DNA from: Escherichia coli O127:H6 str. E2348/69
Lineage (GTDB): Bacteria > Pseudomonadota > Gammaproteobacteria > Enterobacterales > Enterobacteriaceae
DNA: 64,000 nucleotides
Assembly (NCBI RefSeq): GCF_000026545.1
Contig: NC_011601.1
Direction: 5' to 3' (one strand)
Shown: one piece after another, positions 24,395 to 32,426 of the stretch
How the letters are laid out: the number at the start of each line of letters is the position of its first letter
How positions within the stretch are numbered: the first letter of the stretch is position 1
Notes under the pieces: model-generated
Seen by the model: the letters and a program-made list of their open reading frames with translations, nothing else
The model's database searches: none
Told to the model about the DNA's origin: nothing
Program-made: the position numbers and the translations under genes

Positions 24395-24673
24395 ATGGAT
24401 AAAAAGCAAATTGAGGCCCTGCAATCTATTATTGAAAAACAAGATGAAGCTATCAGGATTCTTTCATATCGCACTGATATGATACTAAATATGCTTTCTG
24501 CATTAACGGCTGCGCTTGGTGGTACAAAAACAAACGTATACCGCGAAGTTGTTATTCAACAGATAGATAAATTTGAAAAAACCATACCAGGTATTAATGC
24601 TCATCTTGCAGAACAAGAGAAAGACCATGCTCTTATGGCAATTTCTTCAGTAGCTCTCCCGAAAGTTGAGTAG
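24395..24673 (+). CDS. hypothetical coiled-coil protein, opposite strand within the early-left region
   Basis: Track ORF 24356..24673; ATG 24395 preceded by AGGAGG (24383-24388); product MDKKQIEALQSIIEKQDEAIRIL... Confidence 0.45.
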   Translation: MDKKQIEALQSIIEKQDEAIRILSYRTDMILNMLSALTAALGGTKTNVYREVVIQQIDKFEKTIPGINAHLAEQEKDHALMAISSVALPKVE

Positions 24674-25046
24674 TTTTAATTGTTGTTTTGAAATAATCAC
24701 TGCTTTCACATTTGAGTGATTTCATGGCAATCCAAATGCGGGCCTCTGTGCCTGCATTTGGTTCCAGTTGCTGTAGACGTTTTGCGTCTTCCAAAAGTAA
24801 GGCGATAATGTGTTTCAGCTTCTCATCATTTGCTTGATTCTTGTTTTCAGGCGAATTCTGTCCGCCGAATAGGCGCTTCTCTTCATACAGACCTATAAAG
24901 GCACGACGCACGTTACCGGATATAGTATCGATGGTTTCTTTTTCTACGGTACTCAGGTCAAGAGTCGCCAGTTGAGAGCGAACCACATTCGATGCCATTT
25001 CCTGGAATGGTACTGGTAAATCTTTAAATTCCATCGTCAACCTCAT
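24633..25046 (-). CDS. hypothetical early-left protein
   Basis: 137-aa ORF directly downstream of the next ORF on the repressor side; no recognisable motif. Confidence 0.4.
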   Translation of the reverse strand: MRLTMEFKDLPVPFQEMASNVVRSQLATLDLSTVEKETIDTISGNVRRAFIGLYEEKRLFGGQNSPENKNQANDEKLKHIIALLLEDAKRLQQLEPNAGTEARIWIAMKSLKCESSDYFKTTIKTTQLSGELLKKLP

Positions 25047-25279
25047 CAGTCAGTGTTTCTGGTTAACCAGCGACGCGCGCCAGCTTCAGTTTTAAACGTT
25101 TTGCTTCTGGTATACGTCATCGCGGTAAACGTGCCGTCCTGGTTGGGGAACACGCCACATACCAGAGATTCGTTGTTGCCAAGATTGAGCATATCCATGT
25201 TGACCTCATTTCCCCTTAACGCCGGGGTAGCGGAACAAAAACCTGCTGCATAGTTATTAAAGTTGAACCCTGCCGTCAT
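25046..25279 (-). CDS. hypothetical early-left protein
   Basis: 77-aa ORF abutting the 24633..25046 ORF. Confidence 0.4.
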   Translation of the reverse strand: MTAGFNFNNYAAGFCSATPALRGNEVNMDMLNLGNNESLVCGVFPNQDGTFTAMTYTRSKTFKTEAGARRWLTRNTD

Positions 25280-25385
25280 GTTCTTACGCCTCGGGCTGGC
25301 TACTTAACCCCTGACCACTGCCTGGTAACTCGAAGTATTGCCCTGCATTCTGTGGGGCGGGGTGGGTTGGTATGAAAAGAAGGAT

Positions 25386-25420
25386 ACCCATAGGTATTTA
25401 AAAAGTAAATACCTATGGGT
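25386..25420. promoter_or_regulatory. 35-bp near-perfect palindrome (acccataggtattta-aaaag-taaatacctatgggt) downstream of the repressor gene; terminator or operator
   Basis: 15-bp arms are exact reverse complements; followed by aaattttt. Confidence 0.5.
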
Positions 25421-25463
25421 AAATTTTTGCGGTGTCTTAACTGGTGACTAGTTGTTTGGTGAG

Positions 25464-25883
25464 CTATGATGCGTTTTGTGCTTTCTTTTTACGGATTTCT
25501 TCGTAGATCATATTGTAATACTGTTTTTTCTCTTCAAGAGTTTTTAATAATTTATCCGCTTCACTTTCTGGCAGTTCGTCTAAGAGATCTAAAAAAATAC
25601 GTTGTCGTGGCGTTAGAACCCTTGTTTCATAACTGGAGGCTGTGTTCGTTGATGATGAAACGATACCATCCATCCATCCCCGGGGTAACCCAAAGGACTC
25701 TTCGATAATCTCCACCATATCATCAGCGATCCGTTTTTTTCCCTTTTTCCCCTCTGGGTACAACATTCTTGATACATAAGAAGGCTCGCGCCCGATCTTT
25801 CTGGCCACGTTAACCGCTTTACCATCGCATTTCTCATCACGAATTTTGATGAGTTGCTGTCGTCTAAATTCATATTTGTCCAT
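25464..25883 (-). CDS. prophage repressor, XRE-type HTH (RacR/CI-like), no LexA-type peptidase domain seen
   Basis: 139 aa, HTH around GKAVNVARKIGREPSYVSRM; divergent from a cro-like gene. Confidence 0.75.
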   Translation of the reverse strand: MDKYEFRRQQLIKIRDEKCDGKAVNVARKIGREPSYVSRMLYPEGKKGKKRIADDMVEIIEESFGLPRGWMDGIVSSSTNTASSYETRVLTPRQRIFLDLLDELPESEADKLLKTLEEKKQYYNMIYEEIRKKKAQNAS

Positions 25884-25983
25884 AGGTAAATAATAGATGC
25901 GATTACCGCAAGGTAAACAACCTGTGGGTATTGGTTTTTGTTTACCTGCGGGTATTCTTTGCTGTGTTTACTAAGGAGTAGCT
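25884..25983. promoter_or_regulatory. divergent repressor/cro intergenic operator-promoter region
   Basis: Contains inverted repeat ggtaaacaa ... ttgtttacc and a second tgtttac copy between the divergent genes. Confidence 0.5.
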
Positions 25984-26265
25984 ATGGAAGAATTAAGAAT
26001 ATTTCTCAATTCTCTTTCGTCAGATGAACAGCGTATGTTTGCATGCGAGTGTGGTACCAGCATCGGTTATCTAAGAAAGGCATTGAGTAAAGGTCAAGTG
26101 TTAGGGGCATCGTTATGTGTCCTTATTGAGCGAGCCAGTAATGGTGAAGTTACACGTCAGCAACTAAGGCCTTTTGATTGGATGAATATTTGGCCCGAGC
26201 TGGAAGATACCAAAACGTTAACACAACCACTTTCTAGGAGCTTGATTCATGAAAATCAAGCATGA
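25984..26265 (+). CDS. Cro/YdaS-like HTH protein
   Basis: 93 aa, first rightward gene opposite the repressor; HTH-like CGTSIGYLRKALSKGQ. Confidence 0.65.
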   Translation: MEELRIFLNSLSSDEQRMFACECGTSIGYLRKALSKGQVLGASLCVLIERASNGEVTRQQLRPFDWMNIWPELEDTKTLTQPLSRSLIHENQA

Positions 26266-26674
26266 ACACATCCGCATGGCGATGAATGTCTGGGCGCATC
26301 CGGACGGCGAAAAAGTGCCGGCTGCGAAAATTACCAAAGCGTATTTCGAGCTGGGAATGACGTTCCCGGAACTGTATGACGACAGCCATCCGGAAGCCCT
26401 GGCCCGTAATACCCAGAAAATTTTCCGTTGGCTGGATAAAGACACCCCTGATGCTGTTGAAAAAATGCAGGCTCTGTTACCGGCGATCGAAAAGGCGATG
26501 CCGCCTTTGCTGGTGGCCCGTATGCGCAGCCACAGTTCTGAATATTACCGTGAGATCGTCGAACGGAGGGATCGGCTGGTGAAGGATGTCGATGATTTTG
26601 TTGCGTCAGCGGTTGTTTTGTATGACCAGATGAATCGCGGCGGCCCGGCAGGGAATGCTGTGGTGATGCACTAA
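26249..26674 (+). CDS. YdaT-like protein (Rac-type immunity-region partner of YdaS)
   Basis: 141 aa, overlaps the preceding gene; position matches Rac-type racR-ydaS-ydaT arrangement. Confidence 0.55.
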   Translation: MKIKHEHIRMAMNVWAHPDGEKVPAAKITKAYFELGMTFPELYDDSHPEALARNTQKIFRWLDKDTPDAVEKMQALLPAIEKAMPPLLVARMRSHSSEYYREIVERRDRLVKDVDDFVASAVVLYDQMNRGGPAGNAVVMH

Positions 26675-26681
26675 AAGCACG

Positions 26682-27659
26682 GTGTTCGGGGGTTTTATGA
26701 GCAGCAAGCTTCATGGTCTTGTCTGGGAAGGGTGCGCCTTCACCGGCATGATCTTATCCAGGGGGGCGGTTATGGCCCGTCTTGCAGACTACAGCAATGA
26801 CGAGGGCGTGTCATGGCCTGCCATTGAAACTATCCGGCGTCAGATCGGTGCAAGAAGTGAATCCACAGTGAAATCGGCTATTGCAGAACTGGCGAAAGAG
26901 GGCTGGCTGACGAAGGAAGAGCGTAAGGTCGGTGGGCGTAATGTAAGCAATATCTATCGGCTTAATGTGGAAAAACTCGAAGCAGCTGCGGCGGCGGCGC
27001 GTGAGTCATATAAACCGAAAAGAAAAATTAGCCCGGCAAAAAATGACCCGTTAACAGTTGACCCGTCAAATATTGACCCCTCAACGGTTGACCCGTCAAA
27101 TTTTGATGGATCAACTGTTGATAAAAAACTGCCGATTAGGGGGGCGATGATTGACCCCGATCCGTCAGTATTAAAACCTGATCCGTCAGATAAAAGATCT
27201 TCTTGTCCGGACGCTTCGCAACCGGACCCGCAGACGGCTGAACAGGATTTTTTAACCCGACACCCTGACGCGGTTGTGTTCAGTGCGAAAAAACGCCAGT
27301 GGGGAAGTCAGGAAGATTTGGTGTGCGCACAGTGGATCTGGGGACGAATCGTGAGTCTTTACGAGCAGGCGGCCAGCTATGATGGCGAGATCACTAGACC
27401 GAAAGAACCCAACTGGACAGCATGGGCCAATGACGTTCGCACAATGCGGATGCTGGATGGCAGAACTCACAGACAAATTTGTGAAATGTTTGGGCGTCTC
27501 CAGCGGGATTCGTTCTGGGTAAAAAACATCATGAGTCCGGCAAAACTCCGGGAAAAATGGGATGAACTGGTTATCCGCCTGGGGCGTTCGCCTGCGCAGC
27601 GTTGCGTGAATCACATTTCTGAACCGGACACTGAAATTCCGCCGGGCTTCAGGGGGTAA
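26682..27659 (+). CDS. replication initiator, O-like (N-terminal winged-helix; internal iteron-encoding repeats)
   Basis: 325 aa; gene body carries 15-bp-spaced TTGACCCGTCAAA-like repeats encoding DPLTVDPSNIDPSTVDPSNFDGSTVD. Confidence 0.7.
   Translation: MFGGFMSSKLHGLVWEGCAFTGMILSRGAVMARLADYSNDEGVSWPAIETIRRQIGARSESTVKSAIAELAKEGWLTKEERKVGGRNVSNIYRLNVEKLEAAAAAARESYKPKRKISPAKNDPLTVDPSNIDPSTVDPSNFDGSTVDKKLPIRGAMIDPDPSVLKPDPSDKRSSCPDASQPDPQTAEQDFLTRHPDAVVFSAKKRQWGSQEDLVCAQWIWGRIVSLYEQAASYDGEITRPKEPNWTAWANDVRTMRMLDGRTHRQICEMFGRLQRDSFWVKNIMSPAKLREKWDELVIRLGRSPAQRCVNHISEPDTEIPPGFRG
27043..27192. repeat. candidate origin of replication: five 15-bp-spaced iterons (27043-27115) plus further half-sites to about 27192, inside the O-like gene
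   Basis: Repeats at about 27043, 27058, 27073, 27088, 27103; then attgaccccgatccgtcag and ctgatccgtcagat. Confidence 0.65.
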
Positions 27660-27699
27660 GTGTTAATTTCTGGTCATGAGGTAATTTTCAGGAGGGCTT

Positions 27700-28122
27700 G
27701 TGGCAAAAGTTTTTACACAAGAAGAGCGGGAAAAAATTAAAGGGCAGGTTGTTGAACTCGTACGCCAGAGTGGGCGCGAGACGTTACGACAACTGGAAAC
27801 TAAAACTGGGGCAACAAGATATCTGATGAGCGTTCTGGCCAGAGAGCTGGTTGCCAGTGGCGATGTATACAACTCTGGTTACGGGTTATTCCCGTCTGAA
27901 CAGGCGCGTAAGGACTGGCAAAATGCCCGTAAAAAGCTCTCAAGGGCAAAGCTGAAGAAACCATCTGCGGTTGATCCGGACCTTATCTGGTCATTACCTG
28001 ACGGAGAAATACGTCGCTACGACAGGCGTCAGAACATAATCTGTCGCGAGTGCCGGAAGAGCGAAGCTATGCAGCGCGTACTGGCGTTTTATCAGGGGAA
28101 TTTTGAGGAGGTGGTGCGGTGA
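27700..28122 (+). CDS. hypothetical protein with HTH-like segment and CxxC motif
   Basis: 140 aa; ETLRQLETKTGATRYLMSVLARELVASG; ...ICRECRKSE. Confidence 0.45.
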   Translation: MAKVFTQEEREKIKGQVVELVRQSGRETLRQLETKTGATRYLMSVLARELVASGDVYNSGYGLFPSEQARKDWQNARKKLSRAKLKKPSAVDPDLIWSLPDGEIRRYDRRQNIICRECRKSEAMQRVLAFYQGNFEEVVR

Positions 28123-28365
28123 GTGAATCAAAATGCCAGGTTAATGGCAACAAGATAGAACCATGTGCAGCACTGGCAAAGTCCCTTGAGCGTGATGCTG
28201 AATACACGATGCGAAAAGGTCTGCTGATATACAAAATCTGAAATGAGAGTTTAACTCGCGGTCCTGATTTTGTGATGTTGCGTTCCGGTGAATTTTCTAA
28301 ATTACCAGTTCGGGTTTCATTTTGTCCGTTCTGTGGTGAAAGTCTGAAAACGTGGGAGAACAGAA

Positions 28366-28677
28366 ATGAATGAAATTAAAGAAATACCAGTAGTACGTGA
28401 TGAATATGGCTGCTGGACGCATCCTGAATATGAAAAATTCTGTGACGGTCGGGAATATATTTCAACGGAAGAGTTTAACGCCTGGATGGAGGAAAATAAT
28501 CTTCAATACGTCCTCTGCTTCAGAGATGAAGGATGTGCTGACCTTGATGCGTGTGATGCTGATATTTCTGCATGGGAACCGGAACGACCAGAGGGCAATG
28601 GATGGTTTATTGGTTCAATACATGACACCGAAGATGGCCCGGTTTGTGTATGGCTGAGAAATAAGGTCGAAGCATAA
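28366..28677 (+). CDS. hypothetical acidic Cys-containing small protein
   Basis: 103 aa, ATG start; no recognisable family. Confidence 0.45.
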   Translation: MNEIKEIPVVRDEYGCWTHPEYEKFCDGREYISTEEFNAWMEENNLQYVLCFRDEGCADLDACDADISAWEPERPEGNGWFIGSIHDTEDGPVCVWLRNKVEA

Positions 28678-28797
28678 AGGCTATAAACCGACTAACAACT
28701 AAATACTGAAGATTTAAATCAGAAACGATTTTTATTAAATCCTTAACCGGAGGGATTCCTGCACCCTCAAATCATCAGGAGGCCGCCCGAAAGGGCG

Positions 28798-29331
28798 GTG
28801 GAGATAATAATGGGAATAACTAAAGAACGATTGTTGGAAATAGCAAACCTTAGTGATTGGGCATTAAGTGATGAGAGAATTGTTTCTCCTCATGCTTATG
28901 AGTCAGTTACAAGTATAGAAATAACAACAATGGCTAGAATGCTGCTTGGTTATTTCAAAATAGAAAATAAAAAACAGATGGATAGTAATGTTGATATATG
29001 TGAGATTTTAGACGATTGGGGGGCTTGGGTTGTGGCTGGTAATAGTTCTATTGATTGGCAGGAAATAGCTGATAAATATAAAAATGTTGTTCCTCATGGT
29101 AAAAAATCACGTCGTCAGTGCAGCAATGATGAAGGGCGAATTATTGACATTAGTATCCTTAGGTTAGAAAGATATAAGCAACAAGAATATGAGTTAATTG
29201 TTGCTCATTTCGTGATTGGTTTATCTCTTCGTGCTATTGCAAAGCAACAAGGATGTTCAGATGGAACAATTCGTAAAAGATTGCAAAAAGCCTTAGGTTT
29301 TTTGACTGGATATATAGCAATTACCAGTTAA
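28798..29331 (+). CDS. regulatory protein with sigma-70 region-4-like HTH C-terminus
   Basis: 177 aa; C-terminus ...LSLRAIAKQQGCSDGTIRKRLQKALGFL resembles sigma region 4.2 / antiterminator-type HTH. Confidence 0.5.
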   Translation: MEIIMGITKERLLEIANLSDWALSDERIVSPHAYESVTSIEITTMARMLLGYFKIENKKQMDSNVDICEILDDWGAWVVAGNSSIDWQEIADKYKNVVPHGKKSRRQCSNDEGRIIDISILRLERYKQQEYELIVAHFVIGLSLRAIAKQQGCSDGTIRKRLQKALGFLTGYIAITS

Positions 29332-29969
29332 GAGTCAGCGGTTTTTTTACCAGTGTAATGGTATAAGGATACTCCCATGTGTCTTACATGATATGGAAGC
29401 GCTGTTGCTGGATGCTTTGTGATACTCTTAAAGCGGAGGGGAGAGCCTTCCGCTTCAATTTCTGCGTCCGAAACGGTCGTAGAGAAAAATTCTTTCCATT
29501 CATTGAATTTTACTGCTGATTTGTCAGACTTTATATAAATTAGAATTCCTCCATGATCGTCACGTGACGTACCCGTGCCGTAACGTTCGGTTAGCTGAAT
29601 CCAGCCATTATGAATAGATTTGGGGCCTCTCCATAATTTTGCTTCACCGATCCATTCGAATTTTCCGAATTGATGTTTAACTAATAAATCAACGTGACCG
29701 CCATGTTGAGTATCATGTTCAACATCATAAAACCTACCTTTCAGGAAATTTTTGATCGACGCTGTTAGCTCGTCCTCTCCCCACTTAGCATCTTGATAGA
29801 AGTGTTTGTCATTTTCTAAATTCTGAATAGCGTCGTCTAAATCTTCATAGAGTTGCTTTACAAAAATATTTTTGTCTGCAGCTAATTTTCTTTGAACCAT
29901 TCCCCTAAATTCAGGATCCATTCTAATTAATGATTGAAGGTCTGCAGTACAGATGTTTACATCACTCAT
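29328..29969 (-). CDS. cassette gene C: putative Mrr-like PD-(D/E)xK nuclease (213 aa)
   Basis: Start placed at ATG 29969 (MSDVNICT..., GGAG upstream) rather than track start 30032; motif HGGHVDLLVKHQFGKFEWIGEAKLW resembles the Mrr-cat GxGxhD ... (Q/E)xK signature; 8-nt overlap with gene B. Confidence 0.55.
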   Translation of the reverse strand: MSDVNICTADLQSLIRMDPEFRGMVQRKLAADKNIFVKQLYEDLDDAIQNLENDKHFYQDAKWGEDELTASIKNFLKGRFYDVEHDTQHGGHVDLLVKHQFGKFEWIGEAKLWRGPKSIHNGWIQLTERYGTGTSRDDHGGILIYIKSDKSAVKFNEWKEFFSTTVSDAEIEAEGSPLRFKSITKHPATALPYHVRHMGVSLYHYTGKKTADS

Positions 29970-30390
29970 GCAGACTCTCCAAAAGACTCGAAGGAGTAAA
30001 GTATGGATAAAGATACTGGCTAAAATTATCAACCAATTCGCCAGTTTCTGGATGGTAAAAACTTCCTGTGTCTAAAGCATAGGAAATAAGATCATCTTCA
30101 ACTGGTATTGGTTCTTCCGTTAAATTATCAATGTATTGAAAATGCATATCCAATAGATGTGCTTTATAGCTAGATAAATAATCAGTTGCTTTTATTAGCA
30201 GGATATAGCCATCTTTCGTATCAGTTAGATAGGTTAAACCATTGATAAGGGTTTTGTATGTAAAGTGATTGATATTTTTAGCATCTTTACTAACCAGAAA
30301 AAGAAAAAGATCACGACACACACTGCGAACAGGATCATTAAAATCCTGCTCTATTTGCGTGATAATGTCGTGATATATACTCTTTTTCAT
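29962..30390 (-). CDS. cassette gene B: hypothetical protein (142 aa), no recognisable domain
   Basis: ATG overlaps stop of gene A (ATGA); AT-rich codon usage distinct from neighbours. Confidence 0.55.
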   Translation of the reverse strand: MKKSIYHDIITQIEQDFNDPVRSVCRDLFLFLVSKDAKNINHFTYKTLINGLTYLTDTKDGYILLIKATDYLSSYKAHLLDMHFQYIDNLTEEPIPVEDDLISYALDTGSFYHPETGELVDNFSQYLYPYFTPSSLLESLHE

Positions 30391-31484
30391 TTATGGCCTG
30401 ATGATCTCGCTCTTCTTTTCTCTTCACAGGACTTAACAGAATCCAATATTTTTTCAACAATAAATATAATCGAATCAATGTTGTTACAGTTCTTCGCAAT
30501 TGCTTCATGCAACCTAATTCTAGGATTATCAAGCATTGTCCTTTTTCCTGGTAATATTAACTCTACTGATAAAATATGTGAAGAACTTTGTGGTAAATCC
30601 CAAATTTTTCCCAACTTAAACTTTGTCAATATTGGGCTTGCGGACTCTCCACTATGATGGTAAACATCTTGACGCAAACACTTTTGACTTGGTTTGAGTT
30701 TTAAAGAACTTGTATTGCCATCTGAGGTGATAAAAGATACATGAGAAATTCTGCCATCTACTTTTTCGTAAAGATCTTGTATTGAACCAAATAATTCAAG
30801 AGGATTGTTTAAAATAACGCCAGCTTCTTTTTTTATAAATTTAGCCACAAGGTATTGTTGAGGCTGTGATTCACTTCTTGGAAGGATAGATAAATCAATC
30901 GTAAGAATTAATATTTTTTCTGCAGGCATTAGCATGATGGTATTAAAGCATTGCGTGACTTGGCGTGTTTTGCATTTTATTTCTCCACCATTAGCACGTA
31001 ATTCCATACCCGCATCGCTAAGATGTGTTGGGTCAAGCTCTATCACTTCAGTGTAATACGCTTTGGATAAAAAAACAGCAGTGTCAATTTGTTTATCACG
31101 AATGATATCTTGACGTAGTTCAGCAAAATGCAGCTCAGTATCAGCAACTAACAGCTCCTCTCTGGATAAAGGAATTGGGTATTTTTCTGAGAAGGGGCTA
31201 TTGTCCTTTTTCTGATTTGTGAAAATTGTTTGTAATTTTGCTACGTCTTCATCGGTGATTCTATAAATAGAAAGTAATCGATTCCCGCTAAAAATTAAAC
31301 CTTTCCAGAAATCGTCGATTCTGTCTTTTAGGTCGGGATTATGCTGAACTACACTATTTACACGTTCAATAAAAAGGGGTAATCCTTGGGCCGTTACACC
31401 CAGTGATGAACCAAGAAGCTTACGGGTGTTGCGCCAGCCAAAGCGTGAATTGATGTTTTTTACTGTTTGCTCAAGCATTAACAC
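30387..31484 (-). CDS. cassette gene A: hypothetical protein (365 aa), no recognisable domain
   Basis: First gene of a three-gene minus-strand operon; no Walker or other nucleotide-binding motif seen. Confidence 0.6.
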   Translation of the reverse strand: MLMLEQTVKNINSRFGWRNTRKLLGSSLGVTAQGLPLFIERVNSVVQHNPDLKDRIDDFWKGLIFSGNRLLSIYRITDEDVAKLQTIFTNQKKDNSPFSEKYPIPLSREELLVADTELHFAELRQDIIRDKQIDTAVFLSKAYYTEVIELDPTHLSDAGMELRANGGEIKCKTRQVTQCFNTIMLMPAEKILILTIDLSILPRSESQPQQYLVAKFIKKEAGVILNNPLELFGSIQDLYEKVDGRISHVSFITSDGNTSSLKLKPSQKCLRQDVYHHSGESASPILTKFKLGKIWDLPQSSSHILSVELILPGKRTMLDNPRIRLHEAIAKNCNNIDSIIFIVEKILDSVKSCEEKRRARSSGHK

Positions 31485-31767
31485 TTCCTTAATTTTCCCT
31501 TAACAATTTAGGGTGCTAAACTTTTTTGCGCAGTTTACATAAAAAAATAGTGCGTACGCAAAAACTATCTAACATGATGAGCTTTAACCGGGAAATTTGT
31601 ATATGTTGTGAGCATAAAGTTGGCTGAGAAATCTAAAACGGGTAGAATGACTGCGGGTGCTTGAGGCTATCTGTCTCAGGCATGAACACCAAAAGGCAGA
31701 TAGAGAAAAGCCCCAGTTAACATTACGCGTCCGGCAAGACGCTTAACATTAATCTGAGGCCATATCT

Positions 31768-31980
31768 ATGCTCTACACACGTAGGTTAGCCTCTTACGTG
31801 CCGAAAGGCAAGGAGAAGCAGGCTATGAAGCAGCAAAAGGCGATGTTAATCGCCCTGATCGTCATCTGTTTAACCGTCATAATGACGGCACTGGTAACGA
31901 GGAAAGACCTCTGCGAGGTACGAATCCGAACCGGCCAGACGGAGGTCGCTGTCTTCACAGCTTACGAACCTGAGGAGTAA
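31768..31980 (+). CDS. mok: Mok-like overlapping reading frame of a hok-family type I toxin locus
   Basis: 70-aa frame whose C-terminal 51 codons are hok; arrangement as in hok/sok loci. Confidence 0.45.
   Translation: MLYTRRLASYVPKGKEKQAMKQQKAMLIALIVICLTVIMTALVTRKDLCEVRIRTGQTEVAVFTAYEPEE
31825..31980 (+). CDS. hok: Hok-family type I toxin (HokD/RelF-like, 51 aa)
   Basis: MKQQKAMLIALIVICLTVIMTALVTRKDLCEVRIRTGQTEVAVFTAYEPEE; AGGAG at 31811-31815. Confidence 0.85.
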   Translation: MKQQKAMLIALIVICLTVIMTALVTRKDLCEVRIRTGQTEVAVFTAYEPEE

Positions 31981-32048
31981 GAGACCAGGCGGGGGAGAAT
32001 CCCTCGCCACCTCTGATGTGTCAGGCATCCTCAACGCACCCGCACTTA

Positions 32049-32076
32049 ACCCGCTTCGGCGGGTTTTGTTTTTTCC
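32049..32076 (+). terminator. rho-independent terminator after hok
   Basis: cccgc-ttcg-gcggg followed by ttttgtttttt. Confidence 0.65.
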
Positions 32077-32146
32077 TGGCATTCTGGTTTACAATTCGCA
32101 CGCCAGCCTGAACAACTGGCACCTGCTGCGCCAGCAGAGACAACCG

Positions 32147-32425
32147 ATGGCGCACGATACCAAATTACACAATTCTGATGATTCTGCCGTCTTTGCCAGC
32201 AGGCACGGGCGGCGTTCCCGCACTTTCAAATCTGACTGGTTCCAGCATCCCCCATGCACTGAAGAACAGGCCGAGTGGCTAATTCAGTGCTACCGCAGAC
32301 ACGGATACGAGATTAAGAAAGCCCTCAGCCTCGATTATCGTCACTGGATAATCTCCGTCAGGCTTCCTTACTCCGAACGACCACCGCGTCCGTCCCGCAC
32401 ATTCCAGCAACGCATCTGGAGGTAA
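32147..32425 (+). CDS. hypothetical protein
   Basis: Track ORF 32018..32425 overlaps the hok terminator; start moved to internal Met (MAHDTKLH...). Confidence 0.4.
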   Translation: MAHDTKLHNSDDSAVFASRHGRRSRTFKSDWFQHPPCTEEQAEWLIQCYRRHGYEIKKALSLDYRHWIISVRLPYSERPPRPSRTFQQRIWR

Positions 32426-32426
32426 C

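Noticed and set aside
31700-31800. Annotating a sok antisense RNA as a feature
   Set aside because: Expected from hok/sok biology, but I could not identify its promoter or 3' end in the sequence with confidence, so it is reported only as a finding.
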